NCBI GenBank assembly: GCA_965208125.1
Contig: OZ242320.1
Span: 2,619,821 to 2,683,820 of the forward strand
Reading direction: 5' to 3'
DNA length: 64,000 nucleotides
DNA from: Candidatus Latescibacterota bacterium
Lineage (GTDB): Bacteria; Latescibacterota; UBA2968
Shown here: positions 48,373 to 56,990 of the stretch, piece by piece
How positions within the stretch are numbered: the stretch's first letter is position 1
Layout of the letters: each line of letters opens with the position of its first letter
Notes under the pieces: model-generated
Told to the model about the DNA's origin: nothing
What the model saw: the letters and a program-made list of their open reading frames with translations, nothing else
The model's database searches: none
Program-made: the position numbers and the translations under genes

Positions 48373-49416
48373 TTGAAACGGGTGATTGGACAGAAACGAG
48401 CAATTCAGTTTTTGACCGAATTGGTTGAGAGAGATCGAGTCCCGCACGCGCTGTTGTTTTTGGGGACTTCTGGCACAGGTGCAATGGCGGCGGCATTGGA
48501 TTTTGTACAGGCATTGCATTGTCGGGCAGATGGTGCTGTGGCCTGTGGACATTGTGCCGCATGCCACAAGGTGACAAATCTCAATCATCCAGATAGTACG
48601 CTGCTCTTTCCCTTTTCTTCTCGCGTGAAAGAGGAAGATAGACAAGGCGTATTGCTTCAGGTGTGGCAATCGCCTTATCACTATCCATTGCCCGACGACA
48701 ATGCAGCGATTGCCATTGATCGGGTTCGGGAGATGCAGCGGCAGTTTACGCACAGTGCTTTTGCGGGGGGCTGGCGCACGACTCTTATTTTACACGCGGA
48801 TCAAATGCGCGCGGAGGCGGCCAACGCCATGTTGAAAACTTTGGAGGAACCGCCTGTTCGGTCGTTGATGATCTTGATTGCTCCCCATGGCGATGCGTTG
48901 TTGCCCACCATTGTGTCTCGGTGTCAGTTTGTGAAATTTTCCGCGCTTTCGCCGTATGATATCAGTACTGAATTGGCGGCAAAGGGCGTTGATAAAACAA
49001 CGGCAGATTTTATTGGACGCACGTGTGGCGGCGACTTTCGCAGGGCATTGGATATGACCGATGGCCATATCGCAGACAAGCAAGATCGTTCATTTCGGTT
49101 TTTGGAAGCCTTGCTGTGGGAGCAGGAGGAGCGCACGTTTGAAGCACTGGCAAAACTCGACCGACAAGAGGCATTGGATATTTTGGCAGGTGCAGAAATC
49201 TGGCTCAGGGACGCGCTGTTGTTGCAATGTGGTCGGGAAGATAATATAGCCAATGCCGATCATGTGGACAATGTCGGGCGATTGGCTGAGGTTTTTGATC
49301 TGGACCAACTCGCCGCAATTGTAAAAAAGATTGAATCACTGCGGGAGATGAATCACCGCAATGTAAATATGAATCTGGGCTTGATTTCGCTCTGGCGACA
49401 GATCAGGTCCTTTTGA
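48373..49416 (+). CDS. holB: DNA polymerase III subunit delta prime
   Basis: 347 aa with a TTG start. VIGQKRAIQFLTELVERDRVPHALLFLGTSGTG is followed by the zinc-module-like CRADGAVACGHCAACHK. Confidence 0.85.
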   Translation: MKRVIGQKRAIQFLTELVERDRVPHALLFLGTSGTGAMAAALDFVQALHCRADGAVACGHCAACHKVTNLNHPDSTLLFPFSSRVKEEDRQGVLLQVWQSPYHYPLPDDNAAIAIDRVREMQRQFTHSAFAGGWRTTLILHADQMRAEAANAMLKTLEEPPVRSLMILIAPHGDALLPTIVSRCQFVKFSALSPYDISTELAAKGVDKTTADFIGRTCGGDFRRALDMTDGHIADKQDRSFRFLEALLWEQEERTFEALAKLDRQEALDILAGAEIWLRDALLLQCGREDNIANADHVDNVGRLAEVFDLDQLAAIVKKIESLREMNHRNVNMNLGLISLWRQIRSF

Positions 49417-49430
49417 GTGGGTGTAGAAAA

Positions 49431-51317
49431 ATGGGCACATTTTATATTACGACACCGATTTATTACGTCAATGATGAACCCCATATCGGGCATGCGTACA
49501 CGACGATTATGGCCGATGTGCTGTCGCGTTTTCATCGCCTGGCCGGCGATGATGTGTTGTTTTTGACGGGTACGGATGAGCACGGGCAGAAAGTGGATGA
49601 GGCGGCGAAAGAACGCAATTTGTCGCCGCAGGCACACGCCGATGAGATGGTGGTGCGATTTCAGGCGTTGTGGGAGGTTTTAAATATTTCAAACGATGAT
49701 TTTATTCGCACAACCGAAACGAGGCACAAGCGCGTTGTCTCCGAGATTTTGCAACGCATTTACGATGCAGGCGAGGTTTATTCCGACAATTATGAGGGCT
49801 GGTATTGTATTCCAGATGAGCGGTTCTGGACGGAGAAGGATCTGGTGGATGGGAATTGTCCGGATTGCGGGCGGCCGACTGAGAAGATTTCGGAGAAGAA
49901 TTATTTTTTTAAAATGAGCAAATACCAGGACTGGCTCATTGAGTATATTGAGACACATCCCGATTTTATTCGTCCAGAAAAGCGGCGCAACGAGATTCTC
50001 GGATTTTTGCGTCAGCCGCTGGGCGATTTGTGTATTTCTCGCCCTAAAGCGCGTTTGGAATGGGGGATTCCGCTTCCTTTTGATGAGGATTATGTCTGTT
50101 ATGTGTGGTTCGATGCGCTGATCAATTATATCACGGCACCGGGTTATATCGCAGATGATGCGCGTTTTGAGCACTGGTGGCAGGCGTCTTGTCATTTGAT
50201 TGGTAAGGATATTTTGACCACGCACTGCGTGTATTGGCCCACGATGCTCAAGGCGATAGGTGTGCCATTGCCCAAAACGATTATGGGGCATGGTTTTTGG
50301 CTCGTGGATGAGACAAAGATGGGGAAGTCGCTGGGCAATGCGATCCGGCCTCTGGATCTGGCGGATAAATACGGGGTGGATGCGTTCCGGTATTTTCTGG
50401 TGCGCGATATGACGCTGGGGCAGGATAGCAATTTTAGCGAGGAGGCTTTTGTTCAGCGCTATAATACCGAGTTGGCCAATGAGTTGGGCAATTTGCTGAA
50501 TCGTTCGGTGGTTATGGCTGCGCGATATTTGGATGGGGTTGTGCCTGCTGTGGATGTCAACCACGCGGCGCTCAACGCTTTGAAAGCGCAGACAGACGAG
50601 ACGCTCAATGCGGTGGGCAAAGCTATTGATGCGATGAATCCCAATGCGGTGCTGGATGCGGTTTGGCGGTTGGTGCGAGAAGCCAATCGGTTTGTCGAGG
50701 TGCAGGCGCCGTGGCATTTGGTGAAGGATGCGAGCAAGAGGGCCGAGCTTGAGGTGACGATTTACGCGTTGCTGGAGACGATGCGGCAATTGGCCGTGTT
50801 GCTGTTTCCGGTGATTCCCTCAAAGGCGTGTGAGATTTGGCGGCAACTCGGTGTAAAGGGTTCGCCGGAAGGTGTTCATTTGGATGGTTTAAAAACATGG
50901 GGGGGGCTGGATGCCAATTTGAAGGTTGCACCTGGCGATCCGGTGTTCCCGCGTATTGAGGAGGTCAATGTGGCAGAGGAAAAAACAGAAGAAGATTTGA
51001 TTTCTTTTGCAGAATTTCAGAAGCTCAAGTTGCGCGTTGCTAAAATTGACGCAGCCGAGCGCGTGAAGGGGGCAGATCGCCTGTTGCAGTTGCAGATCAG
51101 TTTGGGCGATGAGCAACGCCAGATTGTCGCCGGGATTGCCGAGTTTTACGAACCAGAGGCACTCGTTGGACAGCAGATTGTGGTGGTTGCCAATCTGGAG
51201 CCAGCGACTATTCGCGGTGTCGAGTCCCAGGGTATGCTGCTGGCTGCTTCCGATGATAACGGCCTCGCACTCGTGACACCGGATAGTGAGATTAGTGATG
51301 GGGCAGAAGTTAATTGA
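49431..51317 (+). CDS. metG: Methionine--tRNA ligase with C-terminal tRNA-binding (Trbp111-like) domain
   Basis: MGTFYITTPIYYVNDEPHIGHAYT (HIGH motif), the KMGKSLGN (KMSKS) motif, and the C-terminal LRVAKIDAAERVKGADRLLQLQISLG. Confidence 0.95.
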   Translation: MGTFYITTPIYYVNDEPHIGHAYTTIMADVLSRFHRLAGDDVLFLTGTDEHGQKVDEAAKERNLSPQAHADEMVVRFQALWEVLNISNDDFIRTTETRHKRVVSEILQRIYDAGEVYSDNYEGWYCIPDERFWTEKDLVDGNCPDCGRPTEKISEKNYFFKMSKYQDWLIEYIETHPDFIRPEKRRNEILGFLRQPLGDLCISRPKARLEWGIPLPFDEDYVCYVWFDALINYITAPGYIADDARFEHWWQASCHLIGKDILTTHCVYWPTMLKAIGVPLPKTIMGHGFWLVDETKMGKSLGNAIRPLDLADKYGVDAFRYFLVRDMTLGQDSNFSEEAFVQRYNTELANELGNLLNRSVVMAARYLDGVVPAVDVNHAALNALKAQTDETLNAVGKAIDAMNPNAVLDAVWRLVREANRFVEVQAPWHLVKDASKRAELEVTIYALLETMRQLAVLLFPVIPSKACEIWRQLGVKGSPEGVHLDGLKTWGGLDANLKVAPGDPVFPRIEEVNVAEEKTEEDLISFAEFQKLKLRVAKIDAAERVKGADRLLQLQISLGDEQRQIVAGIAEFYEPEALVGQQIVVVANLEPATIRGVESQGMLLAASDDNGLALVTPDSEISDGAEVN

Positions 51318-51861
51318 GAAGCAAATAGAGGTTAAAATTCGTCCATTGTGGCTCAGCGATGCAGCAGCAGTACAGCGATATGCCTCTGATGAACGCGTTG
51401 CGCGTACTACTACCATACCCCAACCATATCCGGAGAATGGTGGAGAAACTTTCGTCAAGAAAGGCGTTAGAGCACACAAAAATCGAGAGGCGTTCTTTTT
51501 TGCTATTGTTGCAGATGGCGATATGGTTGGGGTGGTAGAACTCGGGGCGGTTGACTACGAAAAATGCAGTGCCCGATGTGATTACGGAATCGCATCGTCG
51601 CATTGGGGCAAGGGAATTGCGACCAGGGCTGTTGCTCTCGCGCTACACTACGCGTTCTGTGAACTCGGCATGGAGATCGTCCATTCGGCTTGCCTGAAGT
51701 GCAATCCGGCGTCTGCTCGCGTTCTGGAAAAGAATGGATTTCAGGAGATGGATGGGTTTCTATACAACAGTTCCAAGTTCGAGAACGAACCCGCACGGCG
51801 GTTTCAACTGACCCGACAGACGTGGGTAGCGGTGCATCAAAAAATGGCGGTAAAACAATGA
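51298..51861 (+). CDS. GNAT family N-acetyltransferase (RimJ/RimL-like)
   Basis: ~187 aa. IRPLWLSDAAAVQRYASDERV...GIASSHWGKGIATRAV...NPASARVLEKNGFQ fits the Acetyltransf_3 pattern. It overlaps the metG 3' end by 20 nt in another frame. Confidence 0.8.
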   Translation: MGQKLIEKQIEVKIRPLWLSDAAAVQRYASDERVARTTTIPQPYPENGGETFVKKGVRAHKNREAFFFAIVADGDMVGVVELGAVDYEKCSARCDYGIASSHWGKGIATRAVALALHYAFCELGMEIVHSACLKCNPASARVLEKNGFQEMDGFLYNSSKFENEPARRFQLTRQTWVAVHQKMAVKQ

Positions 51862-52034
51862 GACAAGTGATTATTTATCCGAGCGAAGATGGCTATTGGG
51901 TCGCTGAATGCCCCAGCTTGCCAGGTTGTATCAGTCAGGGAAAAACAAAACAGGAAGCTGTCGCCAATATCAAAGAGGCCATTGAGGGATATGTTCTCTC
52001 TCTTGAAGAAGATGGATTGCCAGTTCCCGATTAA
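51858..52034 (+). CDS. hicB: HicB-fold (UPF0150) antitoxin-like protein, 58 aa, no DNA-binding domain
   Basis: MRQVIIYPSEDGYWVAECPSLPGCISQGKTKQEAVANIKEAIEGYV is the classic HicB N-terminal domain pattern. Its ATG overlaps the GNAT stop (ATGA). I found no HicA-like ORF on either side. Confidence 0.75.
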   Translation: MRQVIIYPSEDGYWVAECPSLPGCISQGKTKQEAVANIKEAIEGYVLSLEEDGLPVPD

Positions 52035-52115
52035 CACTTTGAGGCATTGGTCATAGTCGTGTGAGCGGATTATGGTGCTGTTTTATTAAAGTAAAGAGGA
52101 AGTGGAGAGATTACT

Positions 52116-52871
52116 ATGAATAACGGGCAGTGTCTGAATGAGCTACAAAAGGCCCTTGAGAATGATCTGCAACTCAGTGAAGTCTGGCAACGTACCAAAG
52201 AAGGCAAGTCTCCTACCAAAATAAAAGATGAATTGAAATTAGATAGAATTGGAGCTATTAGTAGGTTAATAAAGGCCATTGAGAAGGGTGACCTGCCCCA
52301 AAGTCCTTCGACAGCTAAACAGTGTAGAGGGGGATTACGAAGTTTCCTAAAACGACATCATGAGGACTTCTCAAAGGAGACCATCCAGAAACTTGAGAAG
52401 CGGATTAAAGAATGCGATCGTCGGGCAAATAATCCCCAAGCCATAGAAGATGAAGACACCAAGGTGGAAAAAGAAACGAGCCAGGCGGTGGAATCCGGCG
52501 TCGCAGGGATCTACGTGTACACTTATCCTCACTACTACCGCCACTCGGTCGTTCAGGGAAAGGATGACGAGACTGATGACCGGACATATCTGAAAATTGG
52601 GATGTCTGAAAAAGACGCTTTTAAGCGCGTTATGCAGCAGACGACAGGAATGCCTGAACGCCCAAGACTTCTACAAATCTGGGTGGTCGAAAACGATAGT
52701 GACCTGCGGGAAATTGAAAAGAAGATACATGACCATTTGCGTACGATTGGTCACAGTGGCCCCCACCAACGTAAAGAATGGTTCCTGACAAATGAACAGT
52801 CCGTAGCGTCAACCGCCAACCTTCTTGGCCTCAAGCTTCACTTTGAACTCAACCTGGAAACGGATGATTAG
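52116..52871 (+). CDS. T5orf172 / MUG113 (GIY-YIG-like) domain protein with an unassigned ~130-aa N-terminal domain
   Basis: 251 aa. The C-terminal GIYVYTYPHYY...TYLKIGMSEKDAFKRV...REIEKKIHDHL...RKEWF follows the T5orf172 motif order. A GGAG Shine-Dalgarno lies upstream. Its composition is A/T-richer than the flanks. Confidence 0.65.
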   Translation: MNNGQCLNELQKALENDLQLSEVWQRTKEGKSPTKIKDELKLDRIGAISRLIKAIEKGDLPQSPSTAKQCRGGLRSFLKRHHEDFSKETIQKLEKRIKECDRRANNPQAIEDEDTKVEKETSQAVESGVAGIYVYTYPHYYRHSVVQGKDDETDDRTYLKIGMSEKDAFKRVMQQTTGMPERPRLLQIWVVENDSDLREIEKKIHDHLRTIGHSGPHQRKEWFLTNEQSVASTANLLGLKLHFELNLETDD

Positions 52872-52951
52872 CAGGCTCTCGCATTGTGCCCTGAAGATTG
52901 TGATCAGGAGTCCTCAAATGGCTATCACCGACGGTGGGTCTCTTGTAAGAT

Positions 52952-53263
52952 ATGAATATTCTTGAAGGAATTTGTGAAAAGATACGAAGCGGTCAGTTTG
53001 AGTTCTCACAGCATGCTACTGATCAGAGTATTATTCGCCATATTAGCGTACAAGAACTGCGTGAAGCAATTGAAGGTAGTGAAGTGATTGAAGATTATCC
53101 CGACGACAAATACGGGCCGAGTTGCTTGATTCTCGGCTTCACAAAATCCAAGAGAACTTTGCATATTCAGTGTAGTTATCCATCAAGACCTTTGGTTAAA
53201 ATCATTACACTTTATGAACCCGATCCTTCGCGATGGATTAATTTCAAAACAAGGAGAAAATAA
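52952..53263 (+). CDS. DUF4258 domain protein (toxin-like)
   Basis: 103 aa. FEFSQHATDQSIIRHISVQELREAIEGSEVIEDYPDDKYGPSCLILGF...LHIQC matches the DUF4258 pattern. Confidence 0.7.
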   Translation: MNILEGICEKIRSGQFEFSQHATDQSIIRHISVQELREAIEGSEVIEDYPDDKYGPSCLILGFTKSKRTLHIQCSYPSRPLVKIITLYEPDPSRWINFKTRRK

Positions 53264-53264
53264 A

Positions 53265-53501
53265 ATGTCTGATAATAAAGCGGTGCGTGAAACATTGGTT
53301 GAGATGAGCGTTACGTATAGTATTGAAGTCAATGGGCGGTTTGTTATCATTGAAGATGTTCCTGCTCGGGTCAATGTTGAGACGGGAGAAAGGTTCTTTT
53401 CTCCAGAGACTGTGGAATGTTTGCAACAGGCGGTTTGGGAACGATGTCAACCCGTTCGCACTATTGAAACACCTGTGTATGATTATGCCGCATTGACATG
53501 A
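53265..53501 (+). CDS. YgiT/MqsA N-terminal-domain-like antitoxin candidate lacking the zinc-binding cysteines
   Basis: 78 aa. It starts 1 nt after the DUF4258 stop, behind an AAGGAG Shine-Dalgarno. VTYSIEVNGRFVIIEDVPARVNVETGERFFSPETVECLQQ mirrors the YgiT pattern (…ienVPa.vC..CGE.y.s.e…), but both CxxC pairs are absent. Confidence 0.55.
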   Translation: MSDNKAVRETLVEMSVTYSIEVNGRFVIIEDVPARVNVETGERFFSPETVECLQQAVWERCQPVRTIETPVYDYAALT

Positions 53502-53563
53502 CTATAGACTATTGATCTTTCCAAAAATTGCTAACATTTTTTGTTCTTAGTTTCATAGACTGG

Positions 53564-53588
53564 ATTGCGGCTAAAACCATGCCGCAAT
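53564..53588. repeat. Second copy (inverted orientation) of the ATTGCGGC/GCCGCAAT hairpin unit
   Basis: tggATTGCGGCtaaaaccatGCCGCAATgaca. Its reverse complement, tgtcATTGCGGCatggttttaGCCGCAATcca, matches 23909-23941 (tgtcATTGCGGCatgatgttgaGCCGCAATcca), including the 4- and 3-nt flanks. Confidence 0.65.
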
Positions 53589-53667
53589 GACAATCAAAAT
53601 TTTCTGAATTAAGCTAATAAAAAACTTTTTTACAGACCAATATTGTTTCAGTTTTCAGGATTTCAAC

Positions 53668-54438
53668 ATGCTTGTCGATTCACACGCACATTTGATGTTT
53701 CCACAGTTTCAGCAGGATCTGGACGATTTGCTCGCTCGGGCGCGTGCCGCGGGGGTGGGGCAGATTGTGAATGTGGGTACAAATCTGGAGACGAGTCGGG
53801 CTGCTATTGATCTTGCCGAGGCACGGGCTGATGTGTTTGCTTCGGCGGGGTTTCATCCGTCGGATTCTGCAAAGGCGGATGAAGCGGCTTTGAAAAAGTT
53901 GCCCGCGCTTTTGAAGCATCACAGGATTGTTGCGGTTGGCGAGACGGGGCTGGATTTTTATCGCGATTACGCGCCGCGCGAGGTTCAGGAACAGGCGTTT
54001 CGGGCACATATTCGCCTGGCGAGAGAGATGGGTTTGCCGCTGATTATTCACAGTCGGGGTGCTGAGACGCGCGTGTTAGATGTATTGGAGGAAGAAGGCG
54101 GATCGGAAGTGGGCGGTGTGATGCACTGTTTTGGGGGGGATGTCGAAGGAGCCAAGCGTGCGGTTGATCTCAATTTTTATCTGGGTTTTGGCGGTATTGT
54201 TACTTTCAAAAATTCGGGTGCGTTGAAGGTCGCATTGGATGTGCCCGCTGAGCGGTTGCTGTTGGAGACGGATTGTCCGTTTTTGGCACCGGCACCAAAG
54301 CGCGGCAAGCGCAATGAGCCGGCTTATGTGCGCTATGTTGCCGAGTTTCTGGCCGATGCTGGATGGGGGGATACTGGAGATGTGTGTCGGCAGACGACGC
54401 AAAATGCTCAGGCTTTGTTTGGATTGGGATCAACGTGA
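53668..54438 (+). CDS. tatD: TatD family metal-dependent hydrolase/DNase
   Basis: 256 aa. It has MLVDSHAHL, GETGLDFYRD and LLLETDCPFLAP motifs. Confidence 0.9.
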   Translation: MLVDSHAHLMFPQFQQDLDDLLARARAAGVGQIVNVGTNLETSRAAIDLAEARADVFASAGFHPSDSAKADEAALKKLPALLKHHRIVAVGETGLDFYRDYAPREVQEQAFRAHIRLAREMGLPLIIHSRGAETRVLDVLEEEGGSEVGGVMHCFGGDVEGAKRAVDLNFYLGFGGIVTFKNSGALKVALDVPAERLLLETDCPFLAPAPKRGKRNEPAYVRYVAEFLADAGWGDTGDVCRQTTQNAQALFGLGST

Positions 54439-55211
54439 AAACGAAGACGCGGCTGGGTCAGCATTTTCTCACAAATGGCGCAGCTATCGAGCGAATCGTA
54501 GAGGCTGCACAGATTGAAAGAGAGGATCTGGTCGTAGAAATTGGTCCTGGACGAGGTGCATTGACGGGCCTCTTGGTTGAGCGGGCAGATCAGGTGGTCG
54601 CTATTGAGATTGATGAGGCTTTGTGTGATCTGCTTTCTGATCGATTCGGTCCGCGGTTAAAAATTGTATCAGATGATGTGCGGCAGGTCAATTTGCCCGC
54701 GCTTGTTGAAACGTCAAAAAGAGAAAAGGCGGTTCTGGTGGGCAATTTGCCCTATCATATTACGGGTGCGCTCATCAGGCAAATTACGGATGCTCGAAGG
54801 GTTTGGAAACGCGCTGTGATTACAGTGCAGCGCGAGGTGGGGCAACGCATGATCGCTCCGCCGGGCAGTAAAATATATGGCGTGCTGTCGGTTGTTACAC
54901 AGGTGCGATGTGTCGCAAAACGGTTGTTTGACCTGCCTCCCGCGCATTTTTATCCGCGACCCAAAGTGCACTCTTCTGTGTTGATGCTGGATTTTGAAGC
55001 GAATTCTGCTTATGATATTGTAGATGAAAGGCGTTTGTTTGGCGTGGTGCGCGCCGCATTTCAGCAGCGAAGAAAGATGGTGCGCAACGCACTATCTGGT
55101 GTGGTAGATGATGAGATTTTGATGGAGGCGAATATCGATGGCCGAGCGCGTCCCGAAACCATATCAATAGATGGGTTTGAACGGATTTGCCGCGCATTGG
55201 CTATGCGATAG
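54435..55211 (+). CDS. rsmA: 16S rRNA (adenine1518/1519-N6)-dimethyltransferase
   Basis: KTRLGQHFLTNGAAIERIV...VVEIGPGRGALT. GTG 54435 overlaps the tatD stop. The ORF-track start at 54363 lies inside tatD. Confidence 0.9.
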   Translation: MKTKTRLGQHFLTNGAAIERIVEAAQIEREDLVVEIGPGRGALTGLLVERADQVVAIEIDEALCDLLSDRFGPRLKIVSDDVRQVNLPALVETSKREKAVLVGNLPYHITGALIRQITDARRVWKRAVITVQREVGQRMIAPPGSKIYGVLSVVTQVRCVAKRLFDLPPAHFYPRPKVHSSVLMLDFEANSAYDIVDERRLFGVVRAAFQQRRKMVRNALSGVVDDEILMEANIDGRARPETISIDGFERICRALAMR

Positions 55212-55232
55212 TTTTATAGAAAGGGATTTGTT

Positions 55233-56153
55233 ATGCCCATTCCAAAGTCAGATAAGATCTGGTTTAATGGGAATTTTGTGGGTTGGGACGATGCCAAAAT
55301 TCACGTGCTGTCCCATGTGGTGCATTACGGTTCGAGTGTTTTTGAAGGGATACGGTGTTATCATACCGAAAGAGGACCGGCCTGTTTCAGGCTTCGAGAT
55401 CATGTGAAGAGGCTCTACGATTCGGCCAAAATTTATCGTATGGAAATTCCCTATACGCAGGATGAAGTGGAAGCGGCCATTTTGGAGACGATTCGCATTA
55501 ATAAATTGCAAGCGTGCTATATTAGACCTGTGGTTTTTCGGGGTTTTGGCGAATTGGCTGTCAATCCAATGCCATGCCCAGTTGAGGTGGTGATCGCGGT
55601 GTGGGAATGGGGAAAGTACCTGGGGCCAGAAGCTCTGGAGAAAGGCGTGTCGGTTCGGTTTGCGTCGTGGAATCGTCTGGCGCCCAATACCATGCCTTCG
55701 CTTGCTAAGGTGGCGGCAAATTACATGAACGCGCAACTGATCAAGATGGAGGCGATGGCCGATGGCTATGCCGAGGGTATTGCCCTGGATACACAGGGTT
55801 ATGTGAGCGAAGGTAGCGGTGAGAATATTTTTATGGCGAAGAATGGACAGATTTACACGCCTTCTACCGAGTCGTCTATTTTGCCCGGTATTACGCGACA
55901 TTCGGTTATTACACTGGCCCGAGATCTGGGACATACGGTGACGACGCGGCCGATTCCAAGAGAGTCCCTGTATATTGCCGACGAGGTATTTTTTACGGGT
56001 AGTGCGGCAGAGATCACGCCGATTACGGCTATTGACCACATCAAAATTGGCTGTGGTTCTCGGGGCGGGATCACAAAGAAGTTGCAGGACGCCTTTTTTG
56101 CTGTTGTGGAAGGGCGTGCGGAAGATGAGCGCGGCTGGTTGACGTATGTTTGA
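55233..56153 (+). CDS. ilvE: Branched-chain amino acid aminotransferase
   Basis: 306 aa. [35 protein letters not shown] and the later fold-type IV PLP motifs are present. Confidence 0.92.
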   Translation: MPIPKSDKIWFNGNFVGWDDAKIHVLSHVVHYGSSVFEGIRCYHTERGPACFRLRDHVKRLYDSAKIYRMEIPYTQDEVEAAILETIRINKLQACYIRPVVFRGFGELAVNPMPCPVEVVIAVWEWGKYLGPEALEKGVSVRFASWNRLAPNTMPSLAKVAANYMNAQLIKMEAMADGYAEGIALDTQGYVSEGSGENIFMAKNGQIYTPSTESSILPGITRHSVITLARDLGHTVTTRPIPRESLYIADEVFFTGSAAEITPITAIDHIKIGCGSRGGITKKLQDAFFAVVEGRAEDERGWLTYV

Positions 56154-56179
56154 TGAAGGCCCTTTAACTGCTGATTGCT

Positions 56180-56989
56180 ATGATGATAAATAAAAAAATT
56201 GCTGTTATTGGCGCAGGCAATATGGGAGGCGCGCTCATGGCCGGTTGGATTCGGTCGGGAGAGATCGCGCCTGAAAATATCACGGCGGTGGATTTGATTG
56301 CTGAAGTATTGGATCAGAGAAAGCGCGAGTTGGGTGTCCAGATTGCAGCGGATGCGCGCGAAGTGGTGGGCGATCAGGATATTGTGGTGCTGGGTGTGAA
56401 GCCCCAGTTCTGGAAGCAAACTGTTGAGGGATTTCGGGATTTGTTACGCAGTGATCAGGTGATTATTTCCTTCATGGCGGGTGTGCGAATTGCGGCATTG
56501 GAAGCGGAATTAGGTTCTCTGCCCGTTATTCGCGTGATGCCCAATGTGCTGGCGCAGGTCGGTGCGGCGGGTTCGGGGATTTGTGCTGGAGCACATGTGG
56601 GTGAAGATCACATGAGTCTGGTAATGTCTCTGTTCAACGCGGTTGGTGCGGCGGTCGTTGTTTCAGAATCACAGATGGACGCGGTGACTGGTCTTGCGGG
56701 CAGTGGGCCTGCATATGTGTACGCGGTAATTGACGCGCTGGCAGATGGTGGGGTGCGGTCTGGTTTGCCAAAAGATATGGCGTTGACGCTGGCGACTCAG
56801 ACTGTGCTGGGGGCTGCGCGTATGGTTGCCGAGAGCGGCGAACATCCGTCGATTTTGAAAGATCAGGTGACCTCGGCGGGCGGAACTACTATTGCGGGTT
56901 TGCACGCGCTGGAACAGGGCGGTTTGCGCGCGGCTTTGATGGATGCTGTTTTGGCTGCGACAGAGCGGTCGGGTGCATTGGGGGAATGA
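56180..56989 (+). CDS. proC: Pyrroline-5-carboxylate reductase
   Basis: 269 aa. It has the IAVIGAGNMGGAL Rossmann motif and the C-terminal VTSAGGTTIAGL. Confidence 0.9.
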   Translation: MMINKKIAVIGAGNMGGALMAGWIRSGEIAPENITAVDLIAEVLDQRKRELGVQIAADAREVVGDQDIVVLGVKPQFWKQTVEGFRDLLRSDQVIISFMAGVRIAALEAELGSLPVIRVMPNVLAQVGAAGSGICAGAHVGEDHMSLVMSLFNAVGAAVVVSESQMDAVTGLAGSGPAYVYAVIDALADGGVRSGLPKDMALTLATQTVLGAARMVAESGEHPSILKDQVTSAGGTTIAGLHALEQGGLRAALMDAVLAATERSGALGE

Positions 56990-56990
56990 G

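Noticed and set aside
49689-50789. A 366-aa minus-strand ORF inside metG. Similar long antisense ORFs occur at 4835-5788 (sulfatase), 55248-56039 (ilvE) and 62751-63701 (valS).
   Set aside because: All are antisense to strongly supported housekeeping genes and have His/Arg/Ile/Pro-rich composition without motifs.
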